A stretch of DNA of 64,000 nt from an uncultured Alphaproteobacteria bacterium (lineage in GTDB: Bacteria > Pseudomonadota > Alphaproteobacteria > Rs-D84), in assembly GCA_947054455.1 (NCBI GenBank), contig CAMRWN010000003.1, forward strand, positions 30,681 to 94,680, in the 5' to 3' direction. This document shows positions 15,771 to 24,266 of this stretch, in pieces. Made by a program: the position numbers and the translations under genes. The notes beneath the pieces are model-generated. The model saw only the letters and a list, made by a program, of their open reading frames with translations, did not search any database and was not told the DNA's origin. Position 1 is the stretch's first letter. Each line of letters starts with the position of its first letter.

Positions 15771-16020
15771 GTCCCGGGTGGAATTTGGGTGTGTTTCCTC
15801 ATCTCCACACAACCACGAAATGCACTTGAATCTTTCAGCCGGGACACCTTGTTAATTTACTTGTTTTTATATTATTTTATGATATCATTTTTAACAGAAT
15901 CAGTAAGGGATTGCTGGTTCGGGGCTTCACTAGCCCGAATACACCGGAATAAGTCCACGTTGGCTGTTTGCCAAACGTTTCTATGGATTTATGTCGTTAA
16001 AAAATCCCCCGATTATAAAA

Positions 16021-16128
16021 GGTCGGGGAGCTGTTGGTTATATAACACGGGCAACCGAAAGGCCAATGGAGTCATTAGTGTATTTGATTAGTGAACTCCC
16101 CGACCGCCACTTGTTGAGCGGTCTTTTT
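16021..16128 (+). promoter_or_regulatory. Structured RNA core plus overlapping intrinsic terminator (element D), homologous to element A
   Basis: P1 is GGUCGGGGAG (16021-30) with CUCCCCGACC (16096-105). P2 is UUGG..CCAA and P3 is GUCA..UGAU. The terminator GACCGC-loop-GCGGUC-U5 (16102-16128) shares GACC with P1. It ends 27 nt before the ATG of 16155-16898. Confidence 0.55.
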
Positions 16129-16154
16129 ATTTCTGTAATAAAAGGAGTACACTC

Positions 16155-16898
16155 ATGAAAAAATTATTGTTAACATCAGTCATGGCTTTGTCGGTTGCAA
16201 GCGTCGCGCATGCGGACGGATTTTATATCAGCCCGCGCGTCGCATGGTCGCAAATGCGTGTGGACGAAGCGCGCATTGAAAAGAAGCCGATTGCCGGCGC
16301 GTGGTCTGAATTTGCCGGAAACAAACGCGAATCCTGGGGCGGGCGTGAAAGCAAACTGGCGCCAAAGTTTGCGGTCGGTTATGACCATGATGCTGAAGAA
16401 TACGGTATTTTGGGTCTGGAACTGGAATATGGTAAAACATCAAACCATTTTGATCCGACGCACAACGGCGTCGACTTTGACGGCGCATCACCCAATGACA
16501 GCGACAGCCGCGATTTTAAATACGGCGAATCCACATTGTCGTTGAACGCAAAATACGGATATGATTTGAAGTATGTAATTCCGTTTGTATCCGCTGGTAT
16601 CGGCTATACGACGATAGATTCAGAAAACAATTTCCGCAGTGGAACATATTGGTGGGAAACGCGCGATAGCGAACGCAACGTGTCTTGGAACATCGGGGCC
16701 GGTATAGAATTGCGTGCGACGGACCAAGTTTCATTCAGCTTGTCATATCGCTATACTGATTTGGGCAGTGTAAAATACACGAACCGGATGTACCATGAAA
16801 ACGCCAAGACAAACAGCAACGTGATTGAACGCAACTTTGATTCCGATGTTGACTTGCACAAACATGAAATTATCGGTGGTGTAAAATTCATGTTTTAA
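16155..16898 (+). CDS. Outer-membrane beta-barrel protein (Omp25/OMP_b-brl-like porin family)
   Basis: Signal peptide MKKLLLTSVMALSVASVAHA, SD aaggag, alternating beta-strand pattern, and C-terminal ...GGVKFMF. Confidence 0.8.
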   Translation: MKKLLLTSVMALSVASVAHADGFYISPRVAWSQMRVDEARIEKKPIAGAWSEFAGNKRESWGGRESKLAPKFAVGYDHDAEEYGILGLELEYGKTSNHFDPTHNGVDFDGASPNDSDSRDFKYGESTLSLNAKYGYDLKYVIPFVSAGIGYTTIDSENNFRSGTYWWETRDSERNVSWNIGAGIELRATDQVSFSLSYRYTDLGSVKYTNRMYHENAKTNSNVIERNFDSDVDLHKHEIIGGVKFMF

Positions 16899-16920
16899 TC
16901 AGATTCTACACTTATAAAAA

Positions 16921-16943
16921 ATGCACCCAACGGGTGCATTTTT
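16921..16943 (+). terminator. Intrinsic terminator
   Basis: atgcaccc-aac-gggtgcat hairpin followed by ttttt. Confidence 0.7.
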
Positions 16944-16953
16944 GTTTTATTTC

Positions 16954-17038
16954 TGGTGGCCCTGGTCGGACTCGAACCGACACTCCTTGCAGAACTTGAT
17001 TTTGAGTCAAGCGCGTCTACCAATTCCGCCACGGGGCC
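16954..17038 (-). tRNA. tRNA-Leu (anticodon CAA), class II with a long variable arm
   Basis: Reverse complement reads GGCCCCG-UG-GCGGAAUUGGUAGACGC-..CUUGA-CUCAAAA-UCAAG-..variable arm..-GGUUCGAGUCC-..CCA. The anticodon loop is CU-CAA-AA. There is one C-A mismatch in the acceptor stem. Confidence 0.85.
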
Positions 17039-17056
17039 AGAAGGCAAAAGGTGCGA

Positions 17057-17428
17057 TTAGTTCGCCGCCTTTTTCGCTTCGACCTTTTTTACCAGACGCG
17101 CGCTGCGGTTTGCCTTGCGTACAGGTTTTTTCGCAGGTGCCGCCGCCGGGCCCATTTTCTTTTCAATGGCTTTCTTAATAGCGGCCATTTCCGGTGTCAG
17201 GCGCGATACAGGCTTTGCCATTACATAGCCGTCCAAGCCGCCGTGCTTTGTCAGTGTGCGCAGACCAGCAGTCGAAATACGCAATGAAAAATCACGACCC
17301 AAGATATCGCTGTGGAATTTCAATTTTTGCAAATTCGGCAAGAATGTGCGCTTTGTGTGGCGCATAGAATGGGAAACGTTCATCCCGACTTCTGTTTTCT
17401 TACCTGTAACATTACATACACGTGGCAT
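17057..17428 (-). CDS. rpmB: 50S ribosomal protein L28 with a Lys/Ala-rich C-terminal tail
   Basis: MPRVCNVTGKKTEVGMNVSHSMRHTKRTFLPNLQ matches L28. The tail reads AAPAKKPVRKANRSARLVKKVEAKKAAN. Confidence 0.9.
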   Translation of the reverse strand: MPRVCNVTGKKTEVGMNVSHSMRHTKRTFLPNLQKLKFHSDILGRDFSLRISTAGLRTLTKHGGLDGYVMAKPVSRLTPEMAAIKKAIEKKMGPAAAPAKKPVRKANRSARLVKKVEAKKAAN

Positions 17429-17548
17429 AATAATAATCCTTTAATAACTGCGGCTTAATTTATAACAAAAAACAAAGAAAGTCAAGAAATGTTTTCATAT
17501 TTTCGATGTTTTATTTGTTCCGGCGGCTTTGGGGGTTTGTTCCTGTAT

Positions 17549-17578
17549 CTTGAAAGCGAAAAAAATGCAACTATATAT
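17549..17578 (+). promoter_or_regulatory. Possible sigma32 (heat-shock) promoter upstream of clpB
   Basis: CTTGAAA (17549-55), 15 nt, CTATATAT (17571-78). The E. coli sigma32 consensus is CTTGAAA-N13-15-CCCCATNT. The -10 element matches only partly. Confidence 0.35.
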
Positions 17579-17616
17579 AGGACAATGAAAAATAAAACAC
17601 CAAGGAGGATTTTATC

Positions 17617-19674
17617 ATGAATCCAGAAGAAATGCAGGAAACGCCGCAACAGGCGATAGAAAAATATACCACCGATTTTACCAAGCTGGCGGCGGATGGA
17701 AAGTTGGACCCGGTTATCGGCCGGGACGAAGAAATTCGTCGCACAATCCAGGTCTTGTCGCGTCGTACCAAGAACAATCCGGTATTGATTGGAAATCCGG
17801 GGGTCGGAAAAACCGCGATTGTAGAAGGACTGGCCGAACGCATCATTTCCCGCGATATTCCGGAAAATCTGCAGAATAAAAAGCTGCTTAGTCTGGATAT
17901 GGGCGCACTGATGGCGGGCGCCATGTTCCGTGGTCAGTTTGAAGCGCGTCTGAAGGCGATACTAAAGGCCGTCAAGGATTCCGACGGACAAATCATTCTG
18001 TTCATAGACGAATTGCACACGCTGGTTGGCGCGGGCAAGGGCGAAGGTTCCATGGATGCGGGCAATTTGCTAAAACCCATGTTGGCGCGCGGTGAATTGC
18101 ACTGTCTGGGGGCGACGACGCTGGACGAATATCGTCAATATATAGAAAAAGACCCGGCGCTGGCGCGACGCTTTCAGCCGGTGTACGTAGATGAACCGAC
18201 CGTTGATGACACAATATCGATTTTGCGCGGTCTAAAGGAAAAATACGAAGGACATCATGGTGTCCGCATTTCCGACAGCGCATTGGTTTCGGCGGTAAAT
18301 TTATCGAATCGATATATAACCGACAGATTTTTGCCGGACAAGGCAATCGACCTGATTGACGAGGCCGCCGCCCGCGTCCGCATAGAGGTTGCGTCCAAGC
18401 CGGAAAAGCTGGACGAAATCGACCGCCGACTGATGCAGCTGAAGATAGAGCAGCAGGCGCTGAAGAAAGAAAAGGACGAAGATTCCAAAAAGCGTCTGAA
18501 AGACTTGGAAAAACTAATTCGCGAAACCGAAGACGAATCGGCCCAGCTGACCAAGGTTTGGCGTGCGGAGCAGGAAAAGATGCGCGCGTTGTCGGATGCG
18601 ATGGCGGCGCTGGATTCTGCCAAGGCCGAAGTTGCGACAGCCATGCGCGAAGGCAATTATGAAAAGGCGTCCGCACTGCAGTACGGCAAGATTCCGGAAC
18701 TGGAGGAAAAAATCCGCCAAATGAACGCGGATGCGCGCGAATACAAGACGGTTTTGCCGGAACACATTGCGACCGTGGTCAGCAAATGGACCGGCGTTCC
18801 CGCAGATAAACTGAGCGTAGAGGAGCAGTCAAAACTGCTGAACATCGAGGACGAGTTGCGCGCACGTGTCGTAGGCCAGGATTTGGCGCTGTCGGTTGTG
18901 GCGCGCGCAATCCGGCGCAGCCGCGCGGGATTGTCCGACCCGCGTCGTCCCGCCGGCAGCTTTATGTTTTTGGGGCCGACCGGCGTCGGTAAAACCGAGG
19001 TTGCAAAAGCGCTGGCCGAATATTTGTTCAACGACGACACGGCCATGACCCGCATTGATATGAGCGAATATATGGAACCGCATTCGGTTTCGCGCCTGAT
19101 TGGCAGTCCTCCGGGGTATGTCGGATACGAGCAGGGCGGTGTTCTGACCGAAAGCGTGCGCCGGCGCCCGTACCAGGTGCTGCTGTTTGATGAAATCGAA
19201 AAGGCAAACCCGGACGTGTTCAACGTATTTCTGCAGATTCTGGACGACGGCCGGTTGACCGACGGCCAGGGCCATGTCGTGAATTTCACCAACACGATTA
19301 TTATCATGACCAGCAATCTGCCTGATATGGAGGCGGTAAAGAAACATTTCAGACCGGAATTTATAAACCGTATTGATGAAATTGTTTTCTTTAATCCGCT
19401 GGGCAAGGAAGTGATGGCCGGCATAGTAAAAATTCAGCTAAAGGGTCTGGAAAACAGACTGGCGCAGCGCCGCATATCGCTGGACGTGTCGGACAAGGCT
19501 GTAAAGTGGCTGGGCGAACACGGATACGATCCTGTATTTGGCGCCCGTCCGTTAAAGCGTCTGATAACGTCTGCGGTCGAAGATAAAATCGCCGATTTGA
19601 TTCTGGCGGACAAGATTGCCGAAGGTGGCACCGTTCATGTCGATGTCAAGGGCAAGGATTTGACGGTTAAATAA
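17617..19674 (+). CDS. clpB: ClpB disaggregase lacking the N-terminal domain (685 aa)
   Basis: Two AAA+ modules ([16 protein letters not shown]) and a coiled-coil M-domain. The protein begins at ...[37 protein letters not shown], which is roughly residue 150 in full-length ClpB. Confidence 0.9.
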   Translation: MNPEEMQETPQQAIEKYTTDFTKLAADGKLDPVIGRDEEIRRTIQVLSRRTKNNPVLIGNPGVGKTAIVEGLAERIISRDIPENLQNKKLLSLDMGALMAGAMFRGQFEARLKAILKAVKDSDGQIILFIDELHTLVGAGKGEGSMDAGNLLKPMLARGELHCLGATTLDEYRQYIEKDPALARRFQPVYVDEPTVDDTISILRGLKEKYEGHHGVRISDSALVSAVNLSNRYITDRFLPDKAIDLIDEAAARVRIEVASKPEKLDEIDRRLMQLKIEQQALKKEKDEDSKKRLKDLEKLIRETEDESAQLTKVWRAEQEKMRALSDAMAALDSAKAEVATAMREGNYEKASALQYGKIPELEEKIRQMNADAREYKTVLPEHIATVVSKWTGVPADKLSVEEQSKLLNIEDELRARVVGQDLALSVVARAIRRSRAGLSDPRRPAGSFMFLGPTGVGKTEVAKALAEYLFNDDTAMTRIDMSEYMEPHSVSRLIGSPPGYVGYEQGGVLTESVRRRPYQVLLFDEIEKANPDVFNVFLQILDDGRLTDGQGHVVNFTNTIIIMTSNLPDMEAVKKHFRPEFINRIDEIVFFNPLGKEVMAGIVKIQLKGLENRLAQRRISLDVSDKAVKWLGEHGYDPVFGARPLKRLITSAVEDKIADLILADKIAEGGTVHVDVKGKDLTVK

Positions 19675-19677
19675 AAA

Positions 19678-19700
19678 ACGGGGGCGCGCCCCCGTTTTTT
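19678..19700. terminator. Bidirectional intrinsic terminator
   Basis: acgggggcgcgcccccgt palindrome flanked by an A6 run and a T6 run. It lies between convergent clpB and 19699-21087. Confidence 0.8.
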
Positions 19701-21087
19701 ATTTTTGCTTTTCCGCTGCGATTTGGAATTTGCGACCATTGGCCTTTTTCTGTTCGCGCGCCAGTTCCAACAATATGTGGGAATTGTTGTTGCGCGTCAA
19801 CTTTACCATTTTGTCGTTGCCCTGGATTTTTGTTATATCCGGCTCTTTCTTATTCAGCCAGTTCTGACGCGATACCGGCGGACGCACGTTCAGATGTGTA
19901 TCATATACGTACCATTTTTCCGGTGCCGGTATTCCGCTTGCTTGCAAAGACGCGCCATGAATACCCAGCAGCGTTCCCTGCAGGAATGTTTCGATTTGCG
20001 GATTCAGAATATTTTTTTCCAGCAGTTTGCCGTTTACATATATGTCGCATATTGTGCCATTTAACACGGATTTCGTCGGTACGGCGCTGGCGGTCAATAC
20101 GCGGCTGGTGCCGTTTATCACGGATGCCGCGCTGGTTGCGACTTTTGCCTTGGGCAGTCCCGGGGTAATAATAGGCTGAACCGGGCGCGGCAGGACATTG
20201 TAATCCGGCAGCGTCAGGATAGGGCATGTGCCGACATTGCCTTTGCCGTCAAACACCAACGTTGTTTCCATAAGTATGTCCGCACTCAGCGTCAGGGTGT
20301 TATTTGGAACATTTTTTATCTGCTGGGGTACGTCATAGCGTGGCATGGCCCAGGAATACTGAAAGCCCATGGTGTTGCCGCTGGTGTAAAGAACACCTGA
20401 TTCGGGACTGACTTTGATTTCTTTGGTGCCCGATTTTGTTTCGCTGACAATCATGCCCTTGGCATAGTCCACGATATAGAGCATGTATCCGTATTTCTTG
20501 GATTTCTTGCGAACAACCGCGCGTCCGGCCTTTTGATCCAGCAACAGCAGGGCATACGGCGCGCTTGCCCCGGTCAGCAGCATTTTCTGGTTTCTGTACA
20601 GCAGTGTATAATTGCCGCTGCGCATTGCGTTTGAAAACAACGGCACCATGTCGAATGCCTTGTCGCCGGCCGCATCCAGCAGTTTTTGTTTTGCCTGGCT
20701 TCTGTTTTTCTGTACATGTCTGGCGTTTCCGAATGTCTGGTTTTTAGCGTCGTAGCCCGGAAATCTTTTTATTAATTCCATATGCAGGCCAGCGGGCAGG
20801 GCTTTTCCCTTCTTGGTATAGAAATGATACATGCTGCGCAGATAGACGTCGTTTTTCTTACTATAGTCAACCGGTTGAGCCGTGGCTTTTGCTGCACGGC
20901 GTTTTTTTGCTTTGTGGCCGAATGTGCGTGTATAAGGATCGTATCCAGGAAATCTGGCCATCAGTTCTTCGTGCAGTGCCTGCGGCAGCGGCTTGCCATT
21001 ACTATGAAGGTATGAATATTGGTTGCGCAGATAGACGTCGCTTTTCTGGCTATAATCAACGGGGGTGCGTTGTTTTTTGCTTGTCAT
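19699..21087 (-). CDS. Hypothetical cytoplasmic protein (462 aa) with a duplicated ~60-aa N-terminal module
   Basis: There is no signal peptide. PVDYSQKSDVYLRNQYSYLHSNGKPLPQALHEELMARFPGYDPYTRTFG is repeated as PVDYSKKNDVYLRSMYHFYTKKGKALPAGLHMELIKRFPGYDAKNQTFG. Confidence 0.65.
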   Translation of the reverse strand: MTSKKQRTPVDYSQKSDVYLRNQYSYLHSNGKPLPQALHEELMARFPGYDPYTRTFGHKAKKRRAAKATAQPVDYSKKNDVYLRSMYHFYTKKGKALPAGLHMELIKRFPGYDAKNQTFGNARHVQKNRSQAKQKLLDAAGDKAFDMVPLFSNAMRSGNYTLLYRNQKMLLTGASAPYALLLLDQKAGRAVVRKKSKKYGYMLYIVDYAKGMIVSETKSGTKEIKVSPESGVLYTSGNTMGFQYSWAMPRYDVPQQIKNVPNNTLTLSADILMETTLVFDGKGNVGTCPILTLPDYNVLPRPVQPIITPGLPKAKVATSAASVINGTSRVLTASAVPTKSVLNGTICDIYVNGKLLEKNILNPQIETFLQGTLLGIHGASLQASGIPAPEKWYVYDTHLNVRPPVSRQNWLNKKEPDITKIQGNDKMVKLTRNNNSHILLELAREQKKANGRKFQIAAEKQK

Positions 21088-21117
21088 ATTTTATCACCTT
21101 AATTTTTAACAAATAAA

Positions 21118-22926
21118 TTATTTAGCTTTTTTAACGGGCTTGAACTGGATATCGCGCAGCTTTTTATATTCGCCGTCCATGGCGACCAATTCCGCGTCGG
21201 TTCCCTGTTCGATTATGCGTCCCCCCTTTACCACGCATATTATGTCAGCGTCCAGAATGGTTGACAATCTGTGCGCTATGACAAATGTCGTACGGCCCTG
21301 CATCAAATCGCGCAGCGCGGCCTGAATCAGTTTCTCGCTCTGCGTGTCCAGGGCTGATGTTGCCTCGTCCAGCAGCAGTATCGGCGCATTCTTTAAGATT
21401 GCGCGTGCAATTGCAATTCGCTGTTTCTGGCCGCCCGACAACAGACCGCCGCCTTCGCCAACGGATGCATCGTATCCTTGGGGAAATGCGGTTATGAAAT
21501 CATGTGCATTTGCGGCGCGTGCGGCGGCGACAACCTGCTCATGCGTGGCGTCGGGGGCGCCGTATTTTATATTTTCTTCGATTGTGCCGTTGAACAGGAA
21601 TACGTCCTGGGATACTTCGGCAATATGCTGGCGCAGGGATTTCAGCGTATACTTGCGTATGTCTGAATTGTTTATGGTTATTTTACCGCTCTGCGGTTCA
21701 TAGAAGCGTTCCAGCAGGTTGAATATCGTCGTTTTTCCGCCACCCGAAGGGCCGACCAGCGCGCAAACCTTGCCCGCCGGTACCTTCAGATTAATGTCCT
21801 GCAGGACGGGTTCGCCGGCTTTGTATTCAAAAGAAACGTCGTCAAAGCCAACCGACAGCCGGTCTGATTTTAATTCCCGTGCGTCGGGCGCATCTTGGAT
21901 GTCGGGGCGACTGTCCAGGAATTCGAACAGTATTTCCGCCGCCAGCAGCCCATGCTGCAGCGAGTCGCCCGTCCCAGTAATGCTTTTCGCAGGTTTGTAC
22001 GCCGCAGTCAGCGCCAGCAAAAATGCAGTGAAATCACCGGTTGTAATTGCGCCGCTGGAGATAAAGTGGCCACCCATAATCATGGCTATGCACAATCCGA
22101 TTGAAATCATGAATTCCATCAGCGGCGACCGCAGCGCGTTGGCCTGGGTGCTTTTATAAGAATTGATAATCGATGTGTTCAGCACATGGTCAAAATTTTT
22201 GTTTTCCTTGTCCTCGTTTGCGAAGGCCTGTATCGTCTTTATCCCGTGCAGTGTCTGGTTCAGCTGCTGGGAAACGTTGTTGGCAATCTTGAACGATTGA
22301 CGCGACAGTTTGCGTCGTTTGCGCATAATCAGAACCATGGGAATAACGATTGTCGGCGCCAGGAACAACAGAACCACGCACATCTGGGGCGCATAATAGA
22401 ACATCAGTCCCAGCGTCATGGCCAGTGTTGCGACATTCTGAACCAGTTTGATAATCGTGTTTGTCACCAGATTCAAAACCGCGCCGGCCTGAACCGTGAA
22501 ATAGTTCAGGTTTTTGCCAATCCCGTCGCCGTAAAACCGCGCCAGGTTCATGTGAATCATATGATTATAGATTTTTTTCTGCAGCGTTGCGTGCGCGACC
22601 AGTCCGCCCTTGGCCATAATCAAGGCCTTGGCATAGGTAAACGTTCCCTTGGCGCCAAATGCAATTATAATCTGGATGCCCAGCCAATAGATGGCCTGCA
22701 TGCTTTTTTCAATAAATGCCTTGTCCACGACCTGTTGAACCAGGGTGATAGTATATGCCTCGGCACCTGCGGCCAGAATGGTGAAAATGATGCCACCAAT
22801 CAGCCATTTCAGATATACGTGGCCCACTTCGCCCCATACGCGGCCGTAAAGGGACCATTTGATGCGTCCGTTGTCTTCGTCGCCTTTAATTAACTTTTTT
22901 ATTTTTTTAGATATTTTCTTAAACAT
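21118..22926 (-). CDS. ABC exporter, fused permease/ATPase (MsbA-like)
   Basis: Six-TM N-terminal half, Walker A GPSGGGKTT, signature LSGGQKQR and Walker B ILLLDEATSALD. Confidence 0.85.
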   Translation of the reverse strand: MFKKISKKIKKLIKGDEDNGRIKWSLYGRVWGEVGHVYLKWLIGGIIFTILAAGAEAYTITLVQQVVDKAFIEKSMQAIYWLGIQIIIAFGAKGTFTYAKALIMAKGGLVAHATLQKKIYNHMIHMNLARFYGDGIGKNLNYFTVQAGAVLNLVTNTIIKLVQNVATLAMTLGLMFYYAPQMCVVLLFLAPTIVIPMVLIMRKRRKLSRQSFKIANNVSQQLNQTLHGIKTIQAFANEDKENKNFDHVLNTSIINSYKSTQANALRSPLMEFMISIGLCIAMIMGGHFISSGAITTGDFTAFLLALTAAYKPAKSITGTGDSLQHGLLAAEILFEFLDSRPDIQDAPDARELKSDRLSVGFDDVSFEYKAGEPVLQDINLKVPAGKVCALVGPSGGGKTTIFNLLERFYEPQSGKITINNSDIRKYTLKSLRQHIAEVSQDVFLFNGTIEENIKYGAPDATHEQVVAAARAANAHDFITAFPQGYDASVGEGGGLLSGGQKQRIAIARAILKNAPILLLDEATSALDTQSEKLIQAALRDLMQGRTTFVIAHRLSTILDADIICVVKGGRIIEQGTDAELVAMDGEYKKLRDIQFKPVKKAK

Positions 22927-22992
22927 AGCCTTCGTATTATAGGTAGGCGAACTTGATATGTCCAGTGTAAAAACGGCTTTTTATTTTTTACA

Positions 22993-23021
22993 TTGACATA
23001 CGAATAGATTCTGTATAGAAT
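22993..23021 (+). promoter_or_regulatory. Sigma70-type promoter for the tRNA-Ala transcription unit
   Basis: TTGACA (22993-98), 17-nt spacer, TAGAAT (23016-21). Confidence 0.6.
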
Positions 23022-23045
23022 ACGTGGGCTTTAGGGCAAAGTTTT

Positions 23046-23118
23046 GAGGTCATAGCTCAGTTGGTAGAGGGCGAGTTGCTTTGCAACGCAGCGGTCTGTC
23101 AAAAGTGCGGGACCTTGG
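23046..23118 (+). pseudogene. Decayed tandem copy of tRNA-Ala (tRNA-like, non-canonical 3' half)
   Basis: The leader ggcaaagtttt plus the first 24 nt are 23/24 identical to the real tRNA-Ala 90 nt downstream. The ugcuuugcaa anticodon-loop string is retained. The T-arm and anticodon stem no longer pair canonically, although GAGGUC/GACCUU could still form an acceptor-like helix. Confidence 0.5.
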
Positions 23119-23135
23119 AATAAAGGCAAAGTTTT

Positions 23136-23211
23136 GGGGTCATAGCTCAGTTGGTAGAGCACCTGCTTTGCAAGCAGGGGGTCGTCAGTTCGAGTCTGAT
23201 TGGCTCCACCA
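23136..23211 (+). tRNA. tRNA-Ala (anticodon UGC)
   Basis: GGGGUCA-UA-GCUC-AGUUGGUA-GAGC-A-CCUGC-UUUGCAA-GCAGG-..-GUCAG-UUCGAGU-CUGAU-UGGCUCC-ACCA. The G3:U70 identity pair is present. Confidence 0.92.
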
Positions 23212-23258
23212 AAATGTTAAACAACAAACGAAAACGCGTCAAAGGGGGTGAATAACCT

Positions 23259-23465
23259 ATGGTAAAAGTTCTGGTCCGCGACAATAACGTCGAACAGGCG
23301 TTGCGTGTTGCAAAGCGCAAGTCCCAGAAAGAAGGACTGTATCGCGAAATGAAAGAACGTCAGCGTTATGAAAAACCGACTACAAAGCGCAAGCGTTTGA
23401 AGGAAGAAGCCGTCCGCAATGAAAAGAAACGTCAATCAAAGCAGAGAATGGTCTTCGGATTCTAA
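23259..23465 (+). CDS. rpsU: 30S ribosomal protein S21
   Basis: [46 protein letters not shown] matches S21. Confidence 0.9.
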   Translation: MVKVLVRDNNVEQALRVAKRKSQKEGLYREMKERQRYEKPTTKRKRLKEEAVRNEKKRQSKQRMVFGF

Positions 23466-23473
23466 AATAAAAA

Positions 23474-23503
23474 AGTTCCCGCGGTTTGCGGGAACTTTTT
23501 TTT
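23474..23503 (+). terminator. Intrinsic terminator after rpsU
   Basis: agttcccgc-ggttt-gcgggaact hairpin followed by a T8 run. Confidence 0.8.
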
Positions 23504-23526
23504 ATCTTTTATTTTTGTTTTCAATT

Positions 23527-24159
23527 TTATGATTCGTAATAACATACGTTTGAATCTGTGTATTCAAACAGGCCGGACGGGTCGGAAACCATGCCTTGCA
23601 GATAGCATTCGGATGCCGCCATGGCATTTGGCCTGGATTGCACAACGTTCCATGGTGCTTCGCCCGACGGCATGTATGAGCCGATTTGTCCGCCTGTGCC
23701 GGCGCCCGGACAACATGCGCAACTGGCGGATGTGCCGCGTATTCCGTATATTTGCAGATATCCGGCCCACCCGCTGGTATTGCATTCGGCACTATATACA
23801 TATGCGGTGGAACCGCTGCCGCACCAGTATACCTCGCCACATTGCTGCGTTTCGGTCATGGCTGAAAACGATACTGTTATGGTTCCAGTAAACAGGCAAT
23901 AGCACGGATTGCTTTGATCATAGCGGTTTATCGAACCGAACAACGAATGGCCGTACATTGATTTGCATCTGGTGTCGCACGAACCCAAATTGGTTGCGAA
24001 CCAGCTGGCGATTGTTGAGGTGCCGAATTGCGTGCGACGGCATACTTCGCCGACCACTTCGGCAAATGCAGCATTGCTCATCGCGTCGATGATATAGACT
24101 ATGTTTGACACAAACATTGCGGCAACAAAATATAGGGCGTTGCTTATTTTGTGCTTCAT
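23527..24159 (-). CDS. Cys-rich secreted or membrane-anchored protein (210 aa)
   Basis: N-terminal hydrophobic segment ALYFVAAMFVSNIVYII. Many Cys are present (CYC, CGEVYWCGSG, CACCPGAG, ...VCYYES). Confidence 0.6.
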   Translation of the reverse strand: MKHKISNALYFVAAMFVSNIVYIIDAMSNAAFAEVVGEVCRRTQFGTSTIASWFATNLGSCDTRCKSMYGHSLFGSINRYDQSNPCYCLFTGTITVSFSAMTETQQCGEVYWCGSGSTAYVYSAECNTSGWAGYLQIYGIRGTSASCACCPGAGTGGQIGSYMPSGEAPWNVVQSRPNAMAASECYLQGMVSDPSGLFEYTDSNVCYYES

Positions 24160-24266
24160 ATCAATTCTCTCTGTATTCCGATGTTAACAATTACATTTTT
24201 ATCGCTGCAACATGATATCGCAGGGGCAATTTATTGTCAATCGCATTTCATTTTTCGGGGGCTTGA

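Noticed and set aside
15524-16154. The 630-nt gene-free interval as a degraded encapsulin shell gene, or as tmRNA, RNase P, SRP or 6S RNA.
   Set aside because: No frame gives encapsulin-like sequence. I found no tRNA-like T-arm plus CCA end, no tag-like reading frame, no AGGAAAGUCC/ACAGAA (RNase P) box, no GGAAGCAGCC (SRP) box, and no end-to-end 6S-type helix. I therefore report it as unassigned structured RNA rather than a named RNA. A covariance-model search is needed.
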